24,000 nt of DNA from Planctomycetaceae bacterium (GCA_017795105.1 CP051247.1:2925226-2949225), one strand, 5' to 3'. Positions 1-7,582 are shown, counted from the stretch's first letter. The notes: generated by a model not told the origin, from the letters alone. A program made the numbers and translations.

Positions 1-619
1 TACCGAGTTTGGCGGCGTTCTTCTCGTTGAACTCAGGTACCTTATTCGGATCGTCGAACGATTTTGGAGCAGGCGATCCAACGATCTTATCGAAGAAATC
101 CGAGATCTTCGAAGACTTCTTCGGTTCCTGCGAACGGTCCGGCTGCGAGCTTCGGGCCATGTTCTGAGAGTTGTCTTCGGCCGGCTGCTGCTCGATCGGG
201 CGTCGTTCGATCGGCTGTCCCGTCATCTGTGGTGGCTGTTTGCCATCACGACGGTACAGCTCTTCGAGTTCACGCATCACATTGGACTGCCCGGAAGGCG
301 ATCCCGTCTGAGGCGTTGCGTTCGGCTGCTGCGTCGGCTGGCTCTGCGGCTCGGCATTGCGACGGCCGCGAACATCAGCCGGGGCGTCGCTCCGTTCCGG
401 TGTGATCTGCTGCTGATTCTCCTGCGAAGGTCGCAGAAAACCGAACAGATTCGTCCGACCTGGGCTGGACGACTTCTTCAACCAGGGTTTGCTGAAACGT
501 GGCCCCGCCGCACCCTGCGATTCACTCGGGCCGAACGTCGACGAGGGCGTGGGCAGCATAAAGGAGAGTGCCAGCCCCGCGGTCGCTCCGCCGAAAAGTA
601 ACTTCTTGATCGCAGACAT
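1..619 (-). CDS. Hypothetical secreted Gln/Pro-rich protein, N-terminal part only (ORF runs off the left edge; absent from the supplied ORF track)
   Basis: Hand translation of the minus strand from ATG at 619..617 gives MSAIKKLLFGGATAGLALSFMLPTPSSTFGPSESQGAAGPRFSKPWLKK... No in-frame stop occurs down to position 2 (206 codons). An in-frame TGA lies upstream at 640..638. GGAG (plus-strand ctcc 628-631) sits 8 nt before the ATG. The N-terminus is hydrophobic and signal-peptide-like; the rest is Q/P/S-rich low complexity. No family recognised. Confidence 0.55.
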   Translation of the reverse strand, partial: MSAIKKLLFGGATAGLALSFMLPTPSSTFGPSESQGAAGPRFSKPWLKKSSSPGRTNLFGFLRPSQENQQQITPERSDAPADVRGRRNAEPQSQPTQQPNATPQTGSPSGQSNVMRELEELYRRDGKQPPQMTGQPIERRPIEQQPAEDNSQNMARSSQPDRSQEPKKSSKISDFFDKIVGSPAPKSFDDPNKVPEFNEKNAAKLG

Positions 620-1017
620 AAAACTTTCTCCGAGTAGTCAGAGCACTTCTTGTCGTATTCGTAAGGGGCCGCAACCGGAACCTGGCGCTCCCTTGACGGT
701 CTGAAACCGATTTCCGCGACGCCCGGAAGCCGCCATATCAAGACGAACCGCCAGAACCGGAATAACCGGCAGAACGCGTCCTGAGGGTTCTATCGACAAT
801 TCTCCGCTCTCCCATTCACGTCGAACTGCGGTCCTACAAGCAATCCGACCGGCTGAATCGACACGAGCGTTGCAACTGGCAAATCAGCTAAACTCGCCGC
901 AGTCCTCCCATCTTCACGGCTCGGCGACGCCGGTTTCCCCGATCAGCTACCAACCGATAGACTGCACAGTCGTTGCGAACCCCGTCCTGGAACCCGATTT
1001 CGAAGAATTTCACACCT

Positions 1018-2244
1018 ATGCACACAGTTGCCGAAGCGCTTCGGGCGATTGACCGCACCATCAAACCGGGAACACCTCGGGAGCTTACCGTGTTCCAGTC
1101 AGCCGGCTCCCGGGCGGCCGAACCGATCGAAGCGAGCAGCGATTCTCCTCCGTTTGACAAAGCCCTCATGGACGGATTCGCCGTTCGCAGCGACGATATC
1201 CAGCCGGGCGTCCGGCTTCGTGTGCAGGAACGGCTGACCGCCGGACAGGTCCCCAATCACCCCCTCAGCCCGGGCGTCACGTCGCAAGTCATGACAGGCA
1301 CACAGGTTCCGGAAGGAACCGACGCCGTGGTGCGGGTCGAAGACGTTAATGATCCCGAAGCCGATGAGATCTCGCTCTCGATTCCCTCGCTGGCAGCGGG
1401 CCGCAATGTATTTCATCGCGGCGAAAGCATGCAGACCGGCGAGACGATCCTCAAACCGGGGGAACTGCTCGAATTCCCGAAGATCGCCCTGCTCGCCGAG
1501 CTGGGCGTGATGTCCTTATCATGCTTCCCCAGGCCGACGGTTTCCGTTCTGGCCACCGGCGATGAACTCGTGCCAGCCGATCAGCAGCCCGGACCGGGGC
1601 AGATTCGTAACTCCAACGAGCCGATGCTTGTCGCTCAGGTTGCCAACGCCGGCGGAATTCCGCAGCCTGTCGGCATCGCCCGCGATACGGAAGAGGACCT
1701 GCGTCAGAAGATTTCGACCGGTCTGCAGTCCGATTTTCTGCTGCTCTCGGGCGGCGTTTCTGCTGGCGTGCTCGACCTTGTCCCCAAAGTGCTCACCGAA
1801 CTCGGCGTGCAGCAGATTCTCCACAAAGTGCAGATGAAGCCGGGCAAACCGATCTGGTTCGGCCTGCGTCCCGCCGACCCGGAAGCCGGCACGAAGGCCT
1901 GCTACGTTTTTGGCCTGCCAGGAAACCCGGTCAGTTCCATGGTCTGTTTCGAGCTGTTTGTTCGACGGGGGATGGCTCGCTTCCAGAAAGTCGGCGGAAT
2001 CGATCTGGAGCCGTTGCAGGCTCGTCTGACGCAACCTCATCTAGTCAAAGGAGATCGACCGGTCTATCATCCCGCGAGAGTCTCGATCGTGGGATCGGAA
2101 GTGACCGCTCGACCGGTTCGCTGGGTCGGTTCGGCGGATCTGCGGGGAGCCGCGGAAGCCAACGGCATGATCGCTTTCCCGCCTCGGTCCGACTCCTACG
2201 AAGCCGACGAACTTGTCGACGCCTGGTGCTGGTTCAAGCGGTAG
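1018..2244 (+). CDS. moeA: Molybdopterin molybdenumtransferase MoeA
   Basis: In the frame of track ORF 973..2244. ATG at 1018 is preferred over TTG at 973 because MHTVAEALRAIDR aligns with the usual MoeA N-terminus. MoeA motifs: SPPFDKALMDGFAVR, VMTGTQVPEGTDAVVRVED, VLATGDELV, IRNSNEPML, LLLSGGVSAG, KPGKPIWFG, VFGLPGNPVSS. Confidence 0.9.
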   Translation: MHTVAEALRAIDRTIKPGTPRELTVFQSAGSRAAEPIEASSDSPPFDKALMDGFAVRSDDIQPGVRLRVQERLTAGQVPNHPLSPGVTSQVMTGTQVPEGTDAVVRVEDVNDPEADEISLSIPSLAAGRNVFHRGESMQTGETILKPGELLEFPKIALLAELGVMSLSCFPRPTVSVLATGDELVPADQQPGPGQIRNSNEPMLVAQVANAGGIPQPVGIARDTEEDLRQKISTGLQSDFLLLSGGVSAGVLDLVPKVLTELGVQQILHKVQMKPGKPIWFGLRPADPEAGTKACYVFGLPGNPVSSMVCFELFVRRGMARFQKVGGIDLEPLQARLTQPHLVKGDRPVYHPARVSIVGSEVTARPVRWVGSADLRGAAEANGMIAFPPRSDSYEADELVDAWCWFKR

Positions 2245-2373
2245 TCCGGGCGACAGGCTTTGGGCACTCCCAATCGGCACAAATTGACCATATATCTCAG
2301 CGGAGTCAGTCTCCTCATTCTCTGAATTACGGAACGGCCCGATCAGGATCGATCGGCAGAGGAACGAACAGCC

Positions 2374-4251
2374 ATGGACGCAGCAGAAACTCTCTCCCGC
2401 CCGGAACCCTCTCGTTCTGAATTGGATCGCGGTCGTTCCGGACGGCGACAGGGACGACTGGAAATCACGGTGGAACAGATCATCGACAACGCGGAGAACC
2501 GCCCGCCCGCTTTCTGGATCGCTCTCGCCTGGTCGATGACCGCCGGACTGACGATGTACGCCAGCTATTACCCGCTCGGCTTCAGTCCACTGGCGTGGAT
2601 TGCCGTACTCCCGTGGCTGTTTCTGGCTCGCGTTGAACAACCGCCCAAACGCATGCTGCTCGCCAGCTACCTGGGTGGACTCGCCTTCTACGTTCCCGTT
2701 CTGCAATGGATGCGCTACGGCGACCCGCTCATGTACTTCGGCTGGGGAGCCCTCTCCTTCTACCTCGCCGCCTACATTCCGATTTTCATCGGACTGACCC
2801 GCGTCGGCGTGCATCGCCTGAAATGGCCGCTGTTCGCCGTCGCCCCCGTGGTCTGGACCGGACTCGAGTACTTGCGCGGATTCCTCTTCACTGGATTCGG
2901 CTGGTACTATCTGGGCCATTCGCAGGTGCACTGGATCGAACTGATTCAGATCAGCGATCTCGTCGGAGCCTACGGCGTCAGCTTCGTGATGATGCTCATT
3001 TCAGCCGCCATCGCTATGCAGGTCCCGACCCGCTGGCTCGAAAAGCTGCGGCTCATCCGCACTTCGCTCGAAGGGACTCCTGCCGCGGAACCATCCGCCC
3101 GTTCGCGGTACACGTCTCTGGCTGTCGCTGCCGGAGTGCTCGCCCTCACGGTCGGCTATGGATTCTTCCGCACCAGCCAGGCCGAATTCACCGCCGGACC
3201 GCGTGTTGCTCTGGTTCAGGGGAATTTCAAAGCTGCGTTGAACATCCCGGCGTCGCAGTACGAAGAATCGTTCGTGGTGCACAACGAACTGACCGGCATG
3301 GCCGTGGAAGAACAGCCCGACATGATTGTCTGGCCGGAAGGCATGTTCCGTTACGCCCTGCTGCACGCGGATGAATCTCTGGCCGCGGCTGATCTGGCCG
3401 AGATCGCCCCGCATCTGCCCCCCGACAGCTGGCGTCGCAGCGATGTCCCCCGCACGCTCGAAACGATGAGCGAGAAAGCCGGAGCCGCCCTCGTGATCGG
3501 TCTCGGAGCCTACGTCGCTTCCCCGGAGGGCATGGCTCAGTACAACTCCGCTCAACTCGTGACCCCCGAAGCCGGCCTGAAACAGCGTTACGACAAACTG
3601 CATCGCGTTCCGTTTGGCGAGTACATCCCCGGGCAGGACTGGAGCATGCTGGCCGGCGTTTTCCCGGAAAACTTCGGCCTCACGGCTGGTACGACCGCGA
3701 CCGCTTTCGACTACAAGTCGTGGCGATGTGCTCCGGTCATCTGCTTCGAAGACACCGTGCCCCACGTGACGCGAAACATCGTCCGCACGATTGAAACGAA
3801 ATCCGAGTCGGGCAAGCCGGTCGACTTCCTCGTCAACCTGTCGAACGACGGCTGGTTCGCCGGCTCCAGCGAGCACGACCAGCATCTCATCACGGCTCAA
3901 TTCCGAGCCGTCGAACTCCGCAAGCCGCTCGTCCGGGCCGCCAACATGGGCATCTCCTCCTGCATCAACGGGAGTGGACAGGTCATCGATCCGGAAGTCT
4001 TCCTGACCAAAGACCCGGTGACCTGGCGTCCGAAAGAAATTTCCTACCGCGATCCCGACACCGGCCGCTACCGTCGCAAACTCGAAGCCGTCCTCGTGCA
4101 GTCGATCCCTCTCGACAACCGCGGCAGCCTCTACCTCGCCATCGGCGACTGGTTCGCCGCCGCCTGTCTCTTCGCCTGCGGCGGACTTCTCATCTTCCAC
4201 TGGTGGCCTCGGAAGATGACATCTACCTCCGTGGACTCCGCTGCGGCATAA
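2374..4251 (+). CDS. lnt: Apolipoprotein N-acyltransferase Lnt (polytopic N-terminal domain plus CN-hydrolase domain)
   Basis: 625-aa ORF with multiple N-terminal TM helices. The CN-hydrolase catalytic triad is present in context: DMIVWPEG (Glu), [15 protein letters not shown] (Lys), [10 protein letters not shown] (Cys), plus [10 protein letters not shown]-terminal TM helix follows ([22 protein letters not shown]). It is longer than E. coli Lnt. Confidence 0.88.
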   Translation: MDAAETLSRPEPSRSELDRGRSGRRQGRLEITVEQIIDNAENRPPAFWIALAWSMTAGLTMYASYYPLGFSPLAWIAVLPWLFLARVEQPPKRMLLASYLGGLAFYVPVLQWMRYGDPLMYFGWGALSFYLAAYIPIFIGLTRVGVHRLKWPLFAVAPVVWTGLEYLRGFLFTGFGWYYLGHSQVHWIELIQISDLVGAYGVSFVMMLISAAIAMQVPTRWLEKLRLIRTSLEGTPAAEPSARSRYTSLAVAAGVLALTVGYGFFRTSQAEFTAGPRVALVQGNFKAALNIPASQYEESFVVHNELTGMAVEEQPDMIVWPEGMFRYALLHADESLAAADLAEIAPHLPPDSWRRSDVPRTLETMSEKAGAALVIGLGAYVASPEGMAQYNSAQLVTPEAGLKQRYDKLHRVPFGEYIPGQDWSMLAGVFPENFGLTAGTTATAFDYKSWRCAPVICFEDTVPHVTRNIVRTIETKSESGKPVDFLVNLSNDGWFAGSSEHDQHLITAQFRAVELRKPLVRAANMGISSCINGSGQVIDPEVFLTKDPVTWRPKEISYRDPDTGRYRRKLEAVLVQSIPLDNRGSLYLAIGDWFAAACLFACGGLLIFHWWPRKMTSTSVDSAAA

Positions 4252-4295
4252 ACCCGCAGGGCGGCCCCTACCAGAGTGGACTTCGCCAGTATTCC

Positions 4296-4317
4296 GTACC
4301 GGCGGCATCCTGCCGCT
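4296..4317 (+). repeat. Class A REP-like element, copy A1 (GTAC head, 1 nt, palindrome GGCGGCA-TCC-TGCCGCT)
   Basis: Sequence gtaccggcggcatcctgccgct. 7-bp stem (last pair G-T) with a 3-nt loop. Intergenic, between the convergent lnt and trpC stops. Inverted partner of A2, 53 nt away. Confidence 0.7.
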
Positions 4318-4370
4318 GAAGAGACATCGCTCGCAGCAAGCGAGTCCGCAATAGCACCCCATGTTCAAAC

Positions 4371-4392
4371 GGCGGCAGGATGCCGCCACTAC
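4371..4392 (-). repeat. Class A REP-like element, copy A2 (reverse complement reads GTAG-t-GGCGGCA-TCC-TGCCGCC)
   Basis: Plus strand ggcggcaggatgccgccactac. Perfect 7-bp stem. 19 of 22 positions complementary to A1. Ends 8 nt from the trpC stop codon (4401-4403). Confidence 0.7.
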
Positions 4393-4400
4393 GGCGGCTG

Positions 4401-5183
<783 letters not shown>

Positions 5184-5321
5184 CGCCGCACCATCAGATC
5201 TAGAGTTTCAAGAACCGGAATCGAGCGGCATCGTACCGGAAACGCCCACGCTTTTCACGACCGGACATTTCTGACCGCGACAGAATTCAACGAACTCGGC
5301 CCAGATTTCCCATCAGGATTT

Positions 5322-5358
5322 GAACATGCCAGCCGCCCTGCCGTATGATGGCATGTTC
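5322..5358. other. Perfect 10-bp stem (gaacatgcca / tggcatgttc) with 17-nt loop
   Basis: 5322-5331 is the exact reverse complement of 5349-5358. Lies in the 459-bp divergent spacer between trpC and the FGE gene. Function unknown. Confidence 0.5.
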
Positions 5359-5420
5359 GCCAACCGGCGACTGGGTGAGTGTAGGGTGCGTCTAACGAAA
5401 GGTTCCTTCGCCCCACTTTA

Positions 5421-5433
5421 GGGGGGGGGGGGG
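5421..5433 (+). repeat. Homopolymeric G13 tract
   Basis: Thirteen consecutive G (ttta-G13-agactg). Intergenic, 209 nt upstream of the FGE ATG (5643) and 237 nt upstream of the trpC TTG (5183). Confidence 0.9.
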
Positions 5434-5553
5434 AGACTGAAAATTCTCGCTGCGAAACGCAGCAGGCCCGAAGGGCGGATGAGGGGGCGATCAATAAGTG
5501 ACGTTCCTTTTGAGGCGATGAGCCTCGGCCTGCGAAGCATGTCACCCGCATTT

Positions 5554-5591
5554 CCCCCTCACCCTAACCCTCTCCCCCACGGGGGCGAGGG
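5554..5591 (-). repeat. C/G-tract palindromic element; minus strand reads GGGGGAGAGGGTTAGGGTGAGGGGG (four G-runs)
   Basis: Plus strand ccccctcaccctaaccctctcccccacgggggcgaggg. C-runs at 5554-5558, 5562-5564, 5568-5570 and 5574-5578. An imperfect hairpin ccctcTccccc-ac-gggggCgaggg spans 5568-5591. Single copy in this window. Confidence 0.6.
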
Positions 5592-5642
5592 AATCCGACG
5601 AGGCTATTTCGTTTATTCATTGAAGCTCAACATCGATCATCC

Positions 5643-6803
5643 ATGAAAAAATCCCTCCCCCTCATCATCTTCGTTGGCTGCATCGGCCTGTTCATTCTGG
5701 CAGCTGTCGGGCCGGCCTCGCTGTTCCGTCGAGATGCGAACGACGATTCCGCCACCGATGCCCCCGCTGCAGCCGAGGTGGAACCGGAAGACGACGGTCC
5801 TCCCCCAATCACGGAAGCTCCCGGTCCCACACCGGAGGGGATGGTGTGGATTCCGGGCGGCTCTTTCATGATGGGCACCGAAGAACTTCCGCCGACGGGT
5901 GAGAATCCCGACAAGATCAAAGCCGATGAAATCCCCGCTCACGAGGTCATCGTCGATGGCTTCTGGATGGACGAGACCGAAGTGACGAACGCCGAGTTCG
6001 CGAAGTTCGTCGATGAAACCGGCTACGTCACCTTCGCCGAAATCAAACCCAAACGGGAGGACTTCATCGGCGTCGTCCCTGATATCTCGGCGATCCCCGA
6101 AGAAAACCTCGTCGCCGGCGCTCTCATTTTCAATGAGGACTTCGACCGCGAGAGCTTCACCACCGAGTACACGAACTGGGAGTATCAGGCCTGGAAGTAC
6201 CAGCCGGCGGCGGACTGGCGGCATCCGACGGGGCCCGATTCTTCCATCGAAGACAAAATGGACCATCCGGTTGTGAACGTCGTCTATCAGGACTGCGTCG
6301 CCTATGCGAACTGGGCCGGCAAACGGCTGCCGACGGAAGCCGAGTGGGAATACGCCTCCCGCGGCGGCCACGAGGGCTGGAAGTATTCCTGGGGCAACGA
6401 ATTCCAGCCAGATGGCAAGCACATGTGCAATTACTGGCAGGGAACTTTCCCGACTGATCGCCAGAATCTCGACGGTTTTCTCGACACCTCGCCGGTTAAG
6501 TCCTTTTCTGCCAACGACTACGGCCTTTACGACATGGCCGGGAACGTGTGGGAATGGGTGAATGACTACTACCACCACCGGTACTACGCCAACAGCCCGA
6601 AACGCAATCCGCAGGGGCCCGAGAAGTGGCTCGATCCGGGCGAACCTCTGATCGAGAAACGGGTCACCCGCGGCGGCTCCTTCCTCTGCAACACCAACAA
6701 CTGCACCGGCTACCGCAACGCCGCCCGCATGCGAAGCGACGTCAGCTCGGCGTCCTATCACACGGGCTTCCGCTGTGTGATCGACACGAAAATGGAACGC
6801 TGA
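5643..6803 (+). CDS. Formylglycine-generating enzyme (FGE/SUMF1 family), signal-anchored or lipoprotein-like
   Basis: 386-aa ORF with FGE-sulfatase motifs WIPGGSFMMGT, HEVIVDGFWMDETEVTNAEF, HPVVNVVYQDCVAYANWAGKRLPTEAEWEYASRGG and GNVWEWVNDYY. The catalytic Cys pair is in RGGSFLCNTNNCTGYRNAARM. The N-terminus MKKSLPLIIFVGCIGLFILAAV is hydrophobic with a lipobox-like FVGC. Confidence 0.9.
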   Translation: MKKSLPLIIFVGCIGLFILAAVGPASLFRRDANDDSATDAPAAAEVEPEDDGPPPITEAPGPTPEGMVWIPGGSFMMGTEELPPTGENPDKIKADEIPAHEVIVDGFWMDETEVTNAEFAKFVDETGYVTFAEIKPKREDFIGVVPDISAIPEENLVAGALIFNEDFDRESFTTEYTNWEYQAWKYQPAADWRHPTGPDSSIEDKMDHPVVNVVYQDCVAYANWAGKRLPTEAEWEYASRGGHEGWKYSWGNEFQPDGKHMCNYWQGTFPTDRQNLDGFLDTSPVKSFSANDYGLYDMAGNVWEWVNDYYHHRYYANSPKRNPQGPEKWLDPGEPLIEKRVTRGGSFLCNTNNCTGYRNAARMRSDVSSASYHTGFRCVIDTKMER

Positions 6804-6815
6804 TTGACGGCCTTG

Positions 6816-6854
6816 AAGGGTGGCCCCGGAAGATTCTTTCGAGGCGGCGCAGCC
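6816..6854 (+). repeat. Class E stem-loop repeat, copy E1
   Basis: aagggtggccccggaagattctttcgaggcggcgcagcc. Matches E2 at 36 of 40 aligned columns (one 1-nt indel). Hairpin centred on ggaag-att-ctttc. Starts 12 nt after the FGE stop, in sense orientation. Confidence 0.7.
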
Positions 6855-7110
6855 GTTGGCGAAGCGGTATTTGACGTCTAGTCACGATTTGGTGTCGTCA
6901 TTTGAAAACCGGTTGGAAGGCTGCCAGTCGAGGCGAGCGGCTGGTGCATTCACTTACACACCATGTGCTGTCTTTCTGCGGAACATCGCCCCAATTCCTT
7001 TTCGACGCGGATGATGCGGCCTCTTGTCGCTGACGCGACCCGGCCAACCTGGGCGCCGGGCCACCCAATGAGTTGCTAGTTCAAGGCGCTATAGAACTTC
7101 GGACACGGTG

Positions 7111-7132
7111 GCACAGACATTCCTGTCTGTGC
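7111..7132. repeat. Class D hairpin D1 (gcacagaca-ttcc-tgtctgtgc)
   Basis: Perfect 9-bp stem with a 4-nt loop. Intergenic. A degenerate relative lies at 19919-19945. Confidence 0.6.
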
Positions 7133-7157
7133 GGCAATCGGCAAGCCATCTCCAAAG

Positions 7158-7181
7158 CATGCCCACGCAAGCGTGGGCATG
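7158..7181. repeat. Class B hairpin B1 (catgcccacgc-aa-gcgtgggcatg)
   Basis: Perfect 11-nt inverted repeat; the centre cGCAAg is GNRA-like. Ends 8 nt from the stop of the minus-strand gene at 7190. Second copy B2 at 16012-16031. Confidence 0.7.
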
Positions 7182-7189
7182 GCACCCGG

Positions 7190-7582
7190 CTAGCCGAATT
7201 GAACGTAACAGCTTATGAACAGGTAGAGCATGAACATCGCCGGAATCAGCGGGAGCGCCAGTAGAACCATCGCGATGATTGAAAGTTCTGGAAGGACACG
7301 GGAACGCCAGAAGATTGTCGCGGTTGTGAACCAGGAAATCGTCGAGATGGAGAACATCATCATCATGTACATGAGCCCCAGTTTGGACTTTCGGAGGTCA
7401 GGCTCAACCTCCGTCGACACAACCCAGCTGCCCGCGTGGTTCAACACCCAGTCTCGAATCGGGATCGCGATCAGAAACGGAAGGCAGAAAAGGACAACAC
7501 CAACGCTGATCGCAAGAACTCGACCGCGAGAAATCGGTAGTTGTGTGTCATTCACATCTTTGCCGCGATTCTCTTTATTCAT
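7190..7582 (-). CDS. Hypothetical small membrane protein (about 3 TM helices), orphan
   Basis: 130-aa ORF with clear hydrophobic helices (VLAISVGVVLFCLPFLIAIPI, LGLMYMMMMFSISTISWFTTATIF, LSIIAMVLLALPLIPAMFMLYLFI). The overlapping plus-strand ORF (7230..7754) is not protein-like. Third codon positions are A/T-rich compared with neighbours. No recognisable SD and no family recognised. Confidence 0.5.
   Translation of the reverse strand: MNKENRGKDVNDTQLPISRGRVLAISVGVVLFCLPFLIAIPIRDWVLNHAGSWVVSTEVEPDLRKSKLGLMYMMMMFSISTISWFTTATIFWRSRVLPELSIIAMVLLALPLIPAMFMLYLFISCYVQFG

Noticed and set aside
860-960. Possible Moco riboswitch upstream of moeA. The minus strand contains CGCCGAGCCG, reminiscent of the conserved CCGAGCC of the Moco RNA motif.
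   Set aside because: The match is on the wrong strand for moeA. It is only a 7-mer. I could not find the other conserved elements or the multi-stem architecture as I remember them. An Infernal scan with the Rfam Moco model would settle it.
3001-4389. Long ORFs antisense to nearly every real gene: 3001..4389(-), 5637..6761(-), 7794..8591(-), 10118..11632(-), 14044..15477(+), 16117..17421(+) and 18776..19735(-).
   Set aside because: Each lies opposite a gene with unambiguous family motifs. The translations are Arg/Gly/Ala/Pro-rich low complexity with no recognisable domains. Such shadow ORFs are expected in GC-rich DNA with strong codon bias.
5255-5551. 98-aa minus-strand ORF spanning the G13 tract, as a candidate phase-variable gene.
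   Set aside because: The translation is not protein-like (Cys/Arg/Ser/Pro-rich with a PPPP run). There is no RBS, and it overlaps several hairpins. It is most likely non-coding.
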